Source: a virus. From it: a stretch of 64,000 nucleotides of DNA. The stretch lies in IMG/VR virus record IMGVR_UViG_3300036795_000241, positions 1 through 64,000 of that record. The stretch is one strand, 5' to 3'. The notes beneath the pieces were generated by a model. The model saw only the letters and a list, made by a program, of their open reading frames with translations, ran no database searches and was not told where the DNA came from. Of this stretch, positions 19,290 to 29,561 are shown piece by piece. The first letter of the stretch is position 1. The number at the start of each line of letters is the position of its first letter. Position numbers and translations under genes: made by a program.

Positions 19290-19847
19290 CCTCCGTTGCG
19301 TTTCCTGCATCGCAACCCCGGACGCTTGGGTCAGCCACTTCCACACGACCTCGCGCACCTTGTCGTCCTCGGGGTCGATATCGAGGTCGTAAAGCATTCC
19401 GCGAATCGCCTCACCGATGCGTTCGGCTTGGCGCTCGGCCAGGCGGATCCGCCGCTCTTCGATTCCCGCCGCCAGTGCAGTACGACAGATCGTGGCGAGG
19501 TGTCGCCGTTCCGACTGGTACAGCTCGAGCCACATCGCCCCGGCCTGCGAGAAGTCGCCCATGTCGATCTCGGTGTCTTTGATGTAGCCGGATTGCCGCT
19601 TCGTAAGCCACAACGAGCGCACGAAGGCTTCGGGATCGCTCTTCTGCAGATTCCCGCGCAGCCACTCGATATGTCCCGCCGTTCGTCGAATCTCCTGCAG
19701 CAGCACTTCCGCCGGATCGGTATCCTGCGTGGGTGTACCGTAAAGCAGTTGTGCCTCCGGTGCGCGCCTTCGCTTCGTACGTTTCACGGCCCGATCCGTA
19801 CGATTACGACTAGTCGCTTTGTGCGCGCCACCGCCAAATTCCGTCAT
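19260..19847 (-). CDS. Probable terminase small subunit
   Basis: Isolated minus-strand gene near terL; helical (DPAEVLLQEI, AGIEERRIRLAE), resembling actinophage TerS-like proteins; AAAGGA RBS. Confidence 0.55.
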   Translation of the reverse strand: MTEFGGGAHKATSRNRTDRAVKRTKRRRAPEAQLLYGTPTQDTDPAEVLLQEIRRTAGHIEWLRGNLQKSDPEAFVRSLWLTKRQSGYIKDTEIDMGDFSQAGAMWLELYQSERRHLATICRTALAAGIEERRIRLAERQAERIGEAIRGMLYDLDIDPEDDKVREVVWKWLTQASGVAMQETQRRSTLPLEVED

Positions 19848-19900
19848 ACGATATCCTTTCCCGCTTTTCGATCCTTCCAAACCGCAGCTTTTCGACCGAC

Positions 19901-19929
19901 TTGACAGACAATTGCATCTCTGCTAGACT
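19901..19929 (+). promoter_or_regulatory. Housekeeping-sigma promoter
   Basis: TTGACA-17-TAGACT. Confidence 0.8.
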
Positions 19930-19966
19930 GATGCCTGTACCGCGACCCACTGGACGGAGATACCCG

Positions 19967-20820
19967 ATGCCTAGCCTCCCGTACGACGGCCAATCCAGCC
20001 TCGTAATGGCTACCGATGAGGAGATCAGCCGCGCGCCACTTGAGCAGCTGTCCGCGATGAACCGAATGGACGAAACGCTCGGCACGCCGCAATGGCACGA
20101 TGCGATGCACGAGTTCATCGACTGGACGGTGGTCAAGTCGTTCGGTCGCCACGCGCTTCCGCACTCCGAGACGTGCCCGGAGGACGCCACGTGATGCTGA
20201 TTCTCGCAATTCCGGATCACGTCGCGCTTGGCGTGCTGGAGGCGATTCAGGAGCGTGGGATCATCGCGGTCCCGAGTGACGCGGGAAAGTTCCGCAAGGT
20301 GAAGGTCGACTTCGTATACGAGACGCCACGAGATGGGAGGCGCAATGACTCCGGCTGAGCGAGCGCTGGCTAGGCGACTTCGCGACCGGATCTATCGGCG
20401 CAAGAAGAAGGACCTCCGGCTCGCACTGGAGAACCAGCCGAATACGGTCTATCCGTCCGCGCATCCGGAGGGCGAGCTGATCTCGCTGAGCGGGATGATC
20501 GAAGAGCGCGTGATGGAGATGAACCAGGTCGAGTGCATCGACGACCTGAAGGGTCGCGGAAAGCCGCAGATGTATTCGACCATCGTCAACTACAACTAGG
20601 AGCCGAAGTGGCCGTTCGAGCCGGCTCATATTCCGAAAGCGTCTGGCACGGAATCCTCCGGGACGACCGGTACCCGATTGCGGTCTGCTTTCACTCGCAT
20701 AAGGAGCGAGTTCAGGCGCAAGAATGCGCGCGGGATGCGAAGGTGTACCTGAACGCAAACGATAACAAGCTACCAGAAGGCTGGGCGCCATACACCCCGA
20801 GCGCGGTACACCGCGCCTGA
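19967..20820 (+). other. Run of four small hypothetical CDS (19967-20194, 20191-20358, 20345-20599, 20608-20820)
   Basis: Closely spaced ORFs, most with RBS-like motifs, downstream of promoter 19901. Confidence 0.6.
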
Positions 20821-20836
20821 GCTGGGGCTTTGCCGC

Positions 20837-20865
20837 TTGACAGCCGCGGCAGTTGCTGCTAGACT
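20837..20865 (+). promoter_or_regulatory. Housekeeping-sigma promoter
   Basis: TTGACA-17-TAGACT. Confidence 0.8.
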
Positions 20866-20899
20866 GGTTGCTGTAGGGCAAGATGTGAGAGGAGATGCA

Positions 20900-21541
20900 G
20901 TGACCACCATGACAGCGCCGGAAGCACCCATCACCGAGCGACAGGCACCGTTCATTCGCCAGCTCGCCAACGAGAGGGTACTGCCTGAGGACGTTCGTCA
21001 GCGACTGCTGAACGGATACGAGGGCTTCTCGAAGGCAAAGGCCAGCGAGACGATCAAGTGGCTGCTCCGGCAGCCCGTGAAGCCGGGTCAGGTGCCCAAC
21101 CGGATCGCCGCGATGCCGCAGGCGGCAACTTCACGATCCCGTACCGTAGCAGCCGAACGGGTCAACGCGGAACTGTCCCGCCAGCGGACCACTGGGGAGC
21201 GGCCGGCACGAAGTGCGCCGGCGGAGGAGGGTGCGTACCAGAAGGACGGTGTCGTTTACATCGTCATCAGCAACAAGCAGGGCACCCGCCGTTACGCGAA
21301 GAAGATCGTGGAGAGCCCGCCACGGATGACCGAGTCCGGCGAGGTCGTGGACTTCGAGTTCGAGCGGTCGCCCGGAATGGTTTTCGTGCTGACCGCAGCG
21401 GACCGGCTGGAGAAGGTCGAGATCGAAAGGCTGATGACGAAGTACAAGCGCTGCATCCGCTGCCACGTTCAGCTGAAGGCGGCCAAGTCGGTAGCGCGTG
21501 CCGCCGGTAAGCGTTGCGCGACCAAGCTGGGACTGATCTGA
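20900..21541 (+). CDS. DUF6011-like zinc-finger protein
   Basis: C-terminal CIRC..L...S....G.RC pattern; own promoter and RBS. Confidence 0.65.
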   Translation: MTTMTAPEAPITERQAPFIRQLANERVLPEDVRQRLLNGYEGFSKAKASETIKWLLRQPVKPGQVPNRIAAMPQAATSRSRTVAAERVNAELSRQRTTGERPARSAPAEEGAYQKDGVVYIVISNKQGTRRYAKKIVESPPRMTESGEVVDFEFERSPGMVFVLTAADRLEKVEIERLMTKYKRCIRCHVQLKAAKSVARAAGKRCATKLGLI

Positions 21542-21542
21542 G

Positions 21543-21821
21543 GTGGCCGCCAAGTTCTTCGACATTTCGCGTCCCGGTGTCGACCCGATGCTCACCGCAA
21601 CCGTTAGCGAGCAGGGCTTCGTGTACCTGCACAGCCGTTACGAGGACGGACACGAACGCTCGGTAACCGTGATCGCGTCGTACGAGATCGACGCTCTCGC
21701 CGCAGTCGTATCCGAAGCCAAACGCCAACGAAGGAGGACCGCCCGCAAAGAGGCTCGGCGGGAGCAGCGGAAGCACCTGCGGGACATCTCCGCGGATACC
21801 TGCGGACAGAACAGCGTGTGA
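21543..21821 (+). CDS. Hypothetical protein
   Basis: Coupled to the previous gene. Confidence 0.55.
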   Translation: MAAKFFDISRPGVDPMLTATVSEQGFVYLHSRYEDGHERSVTVIASYEIDALAAVVSEAKRQRRRTARKEARREQRKHLRDISADTCGQNSV

Positions 21822-21851
21822 TCCAACTCACATTCAGATGCCCATTTCGGG

Positions 21852-21880
21852 TTGACAGGACCCGGAAGTCATGCTAGACT
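21852..21880 (+). promoter_or_regulatory. Housekeeping-sigma promoter
   Basis: TTGACA-17-TAGACT. Confidence 0.8.
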
Positions 21881-21928
21881 GGCATGTGCCAGCAACACCA
21901 GCGGAACCTTTCAGAAGGGGAAATCACA

Positions 21929-22855
21929 ATGGCTGATACCGTCAGCGGCCAGCTCAAGCGCCGTCAGGCCACTCGTCGGGCCAAGCCCGCCGCAGCGAAG
22001 GCCGAGCCCGACATCACCGAAGCCGCAGACACCGTGAAGGCGGAGCCCGAGGCCGCCACTCCGAAGCCCGCCGCGCCCAAGGGTCCCCGGCGCCGGAAGC
22101 CCGCCGCGGTCAAGGCGGCACCCGAGCCGGAGCCCGAGGTCGACGAGGAGGAGGACGAGGAGCCCGAAGAGGACGATGACGAGGGCACCGAGACCGAAGC
22201 GAAGGAGAAGGGCAAGCCCGGTCGCAAGCCGGTCGAGCGGACCCCCGAGGAGGAGGCCGAGCGCGCCCGCGTCAAGGAGGAGAAGAAGCAGGCCGCCTTC
22301 GCGAAGCTGCGTGAGCGGAACGTGGCCAAGCGCGCCGCCGCGGACAAGGCCCGCAAGGAGCTCGTGACCAAGCTTTCCGGCGAGCTGACCACCGGCCAGG
22401 AGAAGTACCTGATCCGCGCCAGCTACTACGGCGTCAAGTGCATCGTGCAGAAGGTCGAGGAGGTGCGGGGTCGCGTTCTCGTCACCGTGCTCTGCGTGAC
22501 CACGAAGACCGGTCAGCCACTGGAGGAGAGCGCGTTCTACACCCGCCGCGTTTCGCCGAAGTTCCTCCTGGACGAGAAGCCCACCGAGGCGTACGAGCCC
22601 CGGCGCGGCGGAAAGCCGAAGCGGAAGGCGAAGAACCGCCGGGAGCGCGCCGCCAAGCGCACCGAGGCCGAGGCCGCCTCCGATGTCGAACTCGACGAAG
22701 AGGCCGAGATCGACGAGGAGGACCTGGAGGACGAGGAGCTCGAGACCGAAGAGGCGACGGACGAGCTCGAGGACGACGCCGACACCGATGAGGACGAAGA
22801 GGAGGAGGACGAGGAAAGCGACGAGGAGGACGAGGAGGGCGACTCCTGGGGCTGA
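21929..22855 (+). CDS. Highly charged low-complexity protein with an acidic C-tail ending EEGDSWG
   Basis: Own promoter, RBS and terminator; almost all codons end in G/C. Confidence 0.85.
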   Translation: MADTVSGQLKRRQATRRAKPAAAKAEPDITEAADTVKAEPEAATPKPAAPKGPRRRKPAAVKAAPEPEPEVDEEEDEEPEEDDDEGTETEAKEKGKPGRKPVERTPEEEAERARVKEEKKQAAFAKLRERNVAKRAAADKARKELVTKLSGELTTGQEKYLIRASYYGVKCIVQKVEEVRGRVLVTVLCVTTKTGQPLEESAFYTRRVSPKFLLDEKPTEAYEPRRGGKPKRKAKNRRERAAKRTEAEAASDVELDEEAEIDEEDLEDEELETEEATDELEDDADTDEDEEEEDEESDEEDEEGDSWG

Positions 22856-22898
22856 GCGTCCCGTTCCACTTCCGTCAACCGGAGTTACCGATGAGTAA

Positions 22899-22945
22899 GC
22901 CGCAGAGGCGGGCATCCATTCGGGTGTCCGCCTCGCGGCATCTTT
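22899..22945 (+). terminator. Intrinsic terminator-like hairpin
   Basis: GCCGCAGAGGCGGGCATCC pairs with GGGTGTCCGCCTCGCGGC, followed by ATCTTT. Confidence 0.7.
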
Positions 22946-22957
22946 AGGGAGATCGCG

Positions 22958-23434
22958 TTGCAGCTAAACCCGAATCATGCTCCTGTCGAAACGAAGGTAG
23001 TGGCGCAATCCGGGACGTCCATCGCCAGTGGGATTCTCGTGTGGTGCCTCGTAACGTTCGTCCCCGCATTCCACGCCGGCATTCCATCCGACCTGCAGCC
23101 GTTTGTCCCCGTTATCGCGGCATGGCTCGTCGGTACCGCATCCGGCTATTTCGCGTCGCATACGCCACGGCTTGACGAAGCGCTGCGTCAGGCGATGCAG
23201 GCACTGGGGACGGTGTCGACAAAGCTTTCCCCCGCAATCGTTGGCGAACTCCGGTCGTTTACGCCGGCGCCCGTTACCGTTAACGTGCACACAAGTGGCG
23301 GGGATCCGGGTGTGGCCGTTACGCAAGCTGAGCAGCCGGCGCCAAAGTCCGAGGCACCGACCGTTACGCAGTCGTCAGGCGTAAAGGTGATCACGGACCC
23401 GTCAGCCGGAACGGGCTCGTGGTCATCCGGATGA
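22958..23434 (+). CDS. Holin-like membrane protein
   Basis: PVETKV, two TM segments and GYFASHTPR, resembling actinophage holins. Confidence 0.6.
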   Translation: MQLNPNHAPVETKVVAQSGTSIASGILVWCLVTFVPAFHAGIPSDLQPFVPVIAAWLVGTASGYFASHTPRLDEALRQAMQALGTVSTKLSPAIVGELRSFTPAPVTVNVHTSGGDPGVAVTQAEQPAPKSEAPTVTQSSGVKVITDPSAGTGSWSSG

Positions 23435-24762
23435 AGCTAAGCAACTATCAGGTCGAGGCCGTACAGAAGTTCCTCGCGAACCCGACCTTTGCGGATTTCG
23501 ACGTGCCCGGAGCGGGAAAGACCGCCGTAGCCGCAAATGCGATCTCCGAGTACGACCGGTATCCCGCCGTGATCACCATGCCCGCGCACTTGATTCCGCA
23601 ATGGGTCGATGAGCTAGTGCGGTGGGGCGTCCCGGAGGACGAAATCGCCGCGTGTCCCCGGGGTACGAAGCCGGCGGAACGGATCGACGCGTTGACGAGT
23701 AATGCGGCGATAAAGCTGGTCAGCTACAATGCGTGGACCAGTGCGGAGTATCGTCCCTATCTCCTCGATCGCCGAATGCAGTGTTACGTATTCGACGAGA
23801 GTCACCGCTTGCGCAAAGGGAAGCAAGGGAAGACGGGAGCGTGGCAAGCCGTATCATGGCTGCGAACGAAGACCCGATCGAAGCACATGAAGACCCCGGT
23901 GTGGTGGCTGAGCGGAACGCCGATCGTAAAGGACGCGACGGACGTATTCCCGCTGCTACACATGGCGAATCCGTATCGATGGCGATCACGTCGCGACTTC
24001 GCTATCGACACGTGCCTGACCACGCAAACCCCGTATTCGCTTTCTATCGGGCGAGTACGGGACCAGGAGAAGTTCCGCAACTTGCTGGGTCGCTATTCTA
24101 TCAGGCGCACCTGGGCCGAAATACCGGAGCTGCGGGGACTGAAACGCCGCGACATTCCGTTGCCGCTGACGATGGACCGGGAGCTGCGACAGCGCCATCG
24201 GACGATCAAGAAGGACTATCGGGACCCGGTCACCGGTGAACCGATTGACTCGGCGTCGGCTATGATCCATGTCCTCCGTGGGCTAACCCTGCCCCTGAAA
24301 GCCGAAGCAGCCGCAGAGCTCGTTGAAGACCATCCTGGCCGGCTCCTGCTCTTCGTTTGGTACAAGGACAGTGGTCGGTACCTGCAGACCTACCTGGAAC
24401 GCCACCTCAAACGGGAAATCGGGCACATTGACGGGTCGACTAGCGAGAAGCAGCGAGAGGCGGCGATCCGTCACTATCGTAGTGACCCGAATGCGGTACT
24501 GGTCGCGACCATCGGATCACTGGCGGAAGGCGGGAATTTCCAGCAAGGCTACCAGGTAGCTTTCGTTGAGCAGCATTATTTGTCCACGAGCAACGAACAG
24601 GCACTGATGCGCGTCTTCCGCCGTGGACAGAAGCAACCGGTTCTCGTTTTCTGGCTGCACGTGAAAGGCTCCTTCGATATGCGGGTCAAGCGAGTGGCGG
24701 ACAAGCGCGGATCGGACATCGAGTACGCGCTGGACGATTTCCTCGCGGAGGAAGAATGGTAA
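23431..24762 (+). CDS. SNF2-like SF2 helicase
   Basis: PGAGKT, FDESH, LSGTP, EGGNFQ and QALMRVFRRGQ motifs. Confidence 0.9.
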   Translation: MKLSNYQVEAVQKFLANPTFADFDVPGAGKTAVAANAISEYDRYPAVITMPAHLIPQWVDELVRWGVPEDEIAACPRGTKPAERIDALTSNAAIKLVSYNAWTSAEYRPYLLDRRMQCYVFDESHRLRKGKQGKTGAWQAVSWLRTKTRSKHMKTPVWWLSGTPIVKDATDVFPLLHMANPYRWRSRRDFAIDTCLTTQTPYSLSIGRVRDQEKFRNLLGRYSIRRTWAEIPELRGLKRRDIPLPLTMDRELRQRHRTIKKDYRDPVTGEPIDSASAMIHVLRGLTLPLKAEAAAELVEDHPGRLLLFVWYKDSGRYLQTYLERHLKREIGHIDGSTSEKQREAAIRHYRSDPNAVLVATIGSLAEGGNFQQGYQVAFVEQHYLSTSNEQALMRVFRRGQKQPVLVFWLHVKGSFDMRVKRVADKRGSDIEYALDDFLAEEEW

Positions 24763-25205
24763 CAACAGTACTGGGCAGTATCGGTATTGCATTCTCGCTG
24801 TGGGTGCTTTTCCTCGTACTGCGATCAGCTAATACGCGTTGCGCGTGGTGCTTTGCGCCACTTTACCGTATTCGCCGATATCAAGGCTACTGCCACGAAT
24901 GCGGCGAACGGATTTGCGGTGAAGGCGGGCTTTACCTGCAGAACGGTAGCTCGCCGTATAAGTTCCACGCTCGTAGCAGCAACACTGAACGAGTGCGGTG
25001 ATGTGTCTTCGCCAGTGGGCACTTCTCGAAAGCCGGTTGCACGAGCTGCACTGTCAGGAGTGCGAACCGCATATCAAGCATTACGATCCGACGTTCAATG
25101 CCGAATGGTACGCAATTCATCCCGAAAAGCCGGTAGTGCTTTACCGTTCCGATTTCCAGCGCTTCTTTCATCAATCGCCATACGATTTTCCCCTTCTCGC
25201 CACTG

Positions 25206-25234
25206 TTGACAGTGCGGGTAATCTGGATTAGACT
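25206..25234 (+). promoter_or_regulatory. Housekeeping-sigma promoter (leaderless start)
   Basis: TTGACA-17-TAGACT, ATG 6 nt downstream. Confidence 0.8.
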
Positions 25235-25240
25235 GGAGCC

Positions 25241-26470
25241 ATGACCGAACAGCTCACGTTCCCTCCCCGCTGGCAGCAGAGGCCGCCCGCCGGGACCGGA
25301 TCGCCACTTACCGCACCGTTTGAGGTGTCGGTAACCGAACTGAACACGTTTCAGCGATGCCGTCGCAACTGGGACGAGACATCGCCATCACGGAAATCGC
25401 TGCACCTCAAGGGCGTCCCATCCGTCGCATTGAATGTCGGCTCGGCGATGCACTACGCCGTAGCCGCGCAAACGCTCGGGCAGGATCCGGAGCAAGCGAT
25501 CCGCGAGTTCTATTCCGCCTCACGAGCCAAGATCGAGTTCGACTATCGCAATCAAGTCGGTACCGGACTTTCCGACGAAGAGCTCGACTCACTCGATGCG
25601 CAGCGAATGATGTGTCTGCAGCTCATCCGCGCGTACTACGCACGCTACGGACTGAAGAACCCCGTGCGACCGTATCGGTCCATCGCCTGCGAGGTCACGT
25701 TCCGCATTCCGCTCGATGAGTGGCTCGGCATCTATCTCATCGGGACGATCGACCAAGTGGTCGTTGACGAATCCGACTGCCCGATCCCGGTCGAAACGAA
25801 GACCTACAGCCGGAAGCCGAACAAGACGGACTGGCGTTTCGCACACCAGCCGTACGGATATGCGGCCGCGCTGCAGTACCTCACTGGGCAACGGGTCCCG
25901 TATTTCTTGTATAACGGAATCCGCAAGACCGGTCCCACGCAACCGAAAATCCTCAAGCGCGGCGGCGTATCGCAGCGCTGGATCGATACGACCTACGAGG
26001 TCTATCGCGATGCCGTACGCCTCGAGCACGGCGGGAAGATTCCGAACAGCTATCTCGATATTCTGAACCGCTTCAAGGCGCGCGACAATTCGCCGGAGAA
26101 TGCGTTCACGACACGCTTCCGGATGCCGGTGTCGCAGCACGCGATTGAGCTGTGGCTAGACCAAGCCGCCGCGATCGCCCGCGAAATGGCGTTCTCGCCG
26201 ATCATCTACCCGAACTTCCCGTGGAACGGATGTCGCTTCTGTCGCACGCAGGATCTGTGTCACGCGCTGCAAGCCGGTGACGACGCCCAGTACCAGTACC
26301 TCGTTAACGAGAACTACCGGATCGACACCACGCACACGCGGAAAGCGAAGCACATCGCGACCCGTAAGAACGTACGCAACGTGGAAGACCTCGCGGCATT
26401 TGCCCGCAACCAGGAACTGCTCCCGCCCGTTATCGAAGACTCGAACGCCGAAACACTGGAGGAGGACTAG
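25241..26470 (+). CDS. Cas4/RecB-like PD-(D/E)xK exonuclease
   Basis: GTID, ETKT and QPYGY motifs; N-terminal Cys plus C-terminal CRFC....LC Fe-S pattern; probably leaderless. Confidence 0.85.
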   Translation: MTEQLTFPPRWQQRPPAGTGSPLTAPFEVSVTELNTFQRCRRNWDETSPSRKSLHLKGVPSVALNVGSAMHYAVAAQTLGQDPEQAIREFYSASRAKIEFDYRNQVGTGLSDEELDSLDAQRMMCLQLIRAYYARYGLKNPVRPYRSIACEVTFRIPLDEWLGIYLIGTIDQVVVDESDCPIPVETKTYSRKPNKTDWRFAHQPYGYAAALQYLTGQRVPYFLYNGIRKTGPTQPKILKRGGVSQRWIDTTYEVYRDAVRLEHGGKIPNSYLDILNRFKARDNSPENAFTTRFRMPVSQHAIELWLDQAAAIAREMAFSPIIYPNFPWNGCRFCRTQDLCHALQAGDDAQYQYLVNENYRIDTTHTRKAKHIATRKNVRNVEDLAAFARNQELLPPVIEDSNAETLEED

Positions 26471-27059
26471 CATGCGTCGCCTCGGACACCTACTCCGCAA
26501 ATGGGCCGACCGCATCGATCGGGACCACGCCTTTCTCGCCACGCACTGGCACCTGACGTTCGAAACCGGTAAGGGTGCCGATATCCACGAGCAGTCGTAC
26601 GGCTGTCGGCTGTGGTACTACGCTCCGGACTACGGAAAGGCGCACAGCGAAGCGAAAGCTCGCGATCCGGAACTCGATGAAGAAACAATGCGCCTCATCA
26701 GCGAGCAGGAGCAGAATCGCCGCCTAGCCGAAGCCAACGCACGGGACGCCTACTGGAAGCGGACGAATCCTCCTAGCGAAGGGAGGTAACGTGCCGCGGC
26801 TCACACCACGACGTAATGACGGTAAAGCGGTACTCGATCATCCCGGCGAAGTTAGCTGGTTCTCCGGTTACGGCCCGCTACCGATTATAGGTGATTGCGA
26901 TCACACCGACTGTCTTCATCGCGGTACCGCTGATATCGCTTACGGTCCGGACTTCGATCACTACGAACTGGTCGAATGCTCAGACTGCGGGTGTCGCGCG
27001 TGGATACCGGATTCTGCACAAGTGAAAGATTTCGAGAATGCGCACTGGAGGAAGGTCCG

Positions 27060-27620
27060 ATGACTAACATCTATTACGACACCGAGTTCCTCGAGGACGG
27101 GCGTACGATCGAGCTGATCTCGATCGGGATGATTCGCGAGGACGGTACCGAGTACTACGCGGTCAACGCGGATATGCCGGTAACACGGATCTGGCGGCAC
27201 CCGTGGCTGCGCGAGAACGTCCTACCGTCGCTTCCCGTTATCGATACGCATTCGATCCATCTCGTGCGCCTGGACTACAATAGCATCGACGTGAAGCCGC
27301 GACAGGTTATCGCCAACGAGGTTCGCGAGTTCGTGCTGGGTGTACCGGATCCGCGACTTTGGGCGTGGTACGGAGCTTACGATCACGTCGCACTATGTCA
27401 GCTCTACGGACCGATGATCGTCCTTCCGCCAGGTTTCCCGATGCATACGAACGACCTGAAGCAAACGGTTGACGACCTCGGCGGTATCGCACTCCCTTCG
27501 ATGCCGGGGATAACGGAGCACAATGCGTTGGACGATGCGCGTGAGCTTCGGTACCGGGCCCGGTGGCTCCGGGAACGCGAACTACGTATCCGCGCGGGTA
27601 CCTACGAATTCAAGCCGTAG
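27060..27620 (+). CDS. DEDDh 3'-5' exoribonuclease (Rv2179c/RNase AS-like)
   Basis: YYDTEF, ISIG, AYDHV and HNALDDA motifs. Confidence 0.85.
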   Translation: MTNIYYDTEFLEDGRTIELISIGMIREDGTEYYAVNADMPVTRIWRHPWLRENVLPSLPVIDTHSIHLVRLDYNSIDVKPRQVIANEVREFVLGVPDPRLWAWYGAYDHVALCQLYGPMIVLPPGFPMHTNDLKQTVDDLGGIALPSMPGITEHNALDDARELRYRARWLRERELRIRAGTYEFKP

Positions 27621-27628
27621 CGACCAGC

Positions 27629-27657
27629 TTGACAGACTTGTCAGTTTCTGCTAGACT
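27629..27657 (+). promoter_or_regulatory. Housekeeping-sigma promoter
   Basis: TTGACA-17-TAGACT. Confidence 0.8.
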
Positions 27658-28556
27658 GGGTGCTGTGGGAGAGCACCAGGAGGCAGCAGTGGAGCGTCAG
27701 GTAACGATGCAGCTAAAAGTCCGGCGCGCGATTGACGACGAGGGGCTGGGCTTTGACGGTGACGGACCCAAGCCGGAGCCGATCAACGAGATCACCGATT
27801 GGCTGATCGCGAAAGGTTACACCGTCGAGCAGTTCCAGCACGACAGCGGAGTTGCGAACCGGTCCGTACTATTTCACCTGTACGACCTGCTGTGCCGAGT
27901 GCTGTAGAAGGGGAACGAAATGTACACGTGGGGCACGATGACGATAAGCGGAATTTACGGATCACCCGTGGTCGCGGATACCCTCGAAGAGGCGATCAAG
28001 AAGGCGGAAGCTATCGGCGAAGTGGTCCTGGACGCCACCGATGTGAACGGCGAGCACACCCTGATCGTGGCCGAGTAGGAGGCAGCTAATGTCGCAGCGT
28101 TTTGTGATATTCAAGAACGGCGTAGAGGTCATCGAGGACGGTGCTCCGGTTGCACTCGATCGTTACGAGTCCGCTCAGATGTACGCCGGAATGGTCGATG
28201 GCGAAGTTGCGCAGCTCGTGTGGTCCCGCGAGGACGAGTCCTGATGCCGACGCCGACCGGACTGCCGAAAGTTGGCGAAGTGTGGGAGCGTACGTGGAGT
28301 CAACCTCCGGCATGGCATCCCGACACCGTTCGATTCGTCGTGCTGGAACGCGGAAGTGGCTCCTACTGGTCGCTACGCGTATACGTAGCCAACGCCAACC
28401 CGGGTAACGAACGACAGCTATGGGTCGACTCGTCCTACTGGTTCTCGCGTGGTCAGCTCAAATACCTCGAACCCGCCGGTCCGGAGACGAAGAAGAAGCT
28501 AGGACTCGCGTAGGCGAACCGCCACACCCGGAGGCGATAGCGTATCGAATTCCGAG

Positions 28557-28586
28557 TTGACAAGTGTCGATGCGGGATGCTATACT
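28557..28586 (+). promoter_or_regulatory. Housekeeping-sigma promoter (leaderless start)
   Basis: TTGACA-18-TATACT, ATG 6 nt downstream. Confidence 0.8.
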
Positions 28587-28805
28587 ACAGGCATGGAGCC
28601 AGCAGAGGTATTGCGTCAGCACGGTCTGGAAAGCCACCACAACGCGAAGGGAGAGCTAGTCCTAGCAAAGCAGGAAGCCAGTGACCTAGCGGAGTACCTA
28701 GAGCTAATGTACCACGAGCTCTTTAAGCTAGGGCTGTGTCCGAACGGTTCACCGCTATTCCGCGAGGAGATCCGCCACACCCGGGGGCGTTAGCGTTTCG
28801 CGAGC

Positions 28806-28834
28806 TTGACAGTCACGGAGTTTTCTGCTATACT
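28806..28834 (+). promoter_or_regulatory. Housekeeping-sigma promoter
   Basis: TTGACA-17-TATACT. Confidence 0.8.
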
Positions 28835-29151
28835 GGTGCTGTACGCCAGCGAAAAGTTACGACACAGCTAGGAGACCGCAATGCCGCGACAGGACGCCGA
28901 AGTGAAGTACTATCTCGAAAGCGATAGCGGACTATCCGACCAGGACAAGCTCGCAATCCCGTTCACCGTTCAGCGGCTGCAGGCGATCGAGCAGGCCCTC
29001 CGGGAGCAGGTCGTTACCGAGCGGTCGCAGGGCGACGAAGAAACCGCCTGGGCACTCGAGCGTGACGCCGACCTGATCGCGGAGAATCTCGAACGACACG
29101 GCTGGCTCTAGGTAATCCGCCACACCGCTGCGCCGGCCGCTACTCACCCGC

Positions 29152-29180
29152 TTGACAGGCTGGGCAGTCTCTGCTAGACT
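29152..29180 (+). promoter_or_regulatory. Housekeeping-sigma promoter
   Basis: TTGACA-17-TAGACT. Confidence 0.8.
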
Positions 29181-29498
29181 GGTGCTGTGGGCACAGGTGG
29201 AGCGACCAGGAGGGTCAGCAGCATGCAGGAGATCGTCGAATGCCCGTTCTGCGGAACGGAGTGCGTGATCGTTCAGGGTTACTGCAGCGAGTGCGACCAC
29301 GAGATCACCGAGGAGGACGCAAAGTGAAGATGGCATACGTTTACGATGACGCCGACAACCTGCAGGAAGCGTTCCTCGTTACCCCGCAGCAGTTCGCCGA
29401 CCTGGAGGCGGACCTGCCCGAGGGCTGGAGCGTTTCGGAGAAGGGTAAGTAGCGATGAAGCAGGCAGCCACACCCGGAGGCGCAGCTACTCCGCGGAC

Positions 29499-29527
29499 TT
29501 GACAGTCGCGGGGATCTCTGCTAGACT
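29499..29527 (+). promoter_or_regulatory. Housekeeping-sigma promoter
   Basis: TTGACA-17-TAGACT. Confidence 0.8.
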
Positions 29528-29561
29528 GGGTGCTGTGGATGAAGCAGCGACCAGGAGGACC

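Larger units (their letters stand above)
27689..29452 (+). other. Array of promoter-headed cassettes of very small hypothetical CDS (e.g. 27689-27907, 27920-28078, 28244-28513, 28593-28793, 28881-29111, 29324-29452)
   Basis: Each cassette is preceded by a consensus promoter and a GGAG-type RBS or leaderless start. Confidence 0.65.

Noticed and set aside
21911-22915. 334-aa Leu-rich minus-strand ORF
   Set aside because: Reverse complement of the Glu/Asp-rich gene; the promoter, RBS and terminator all support the + strand
25241-26470. Cas4 as evidence of a CRISPR-Cas system
   Set aside because: No array or other cas genes; solo Cas4-like exonucleases are common in phage recombination modules
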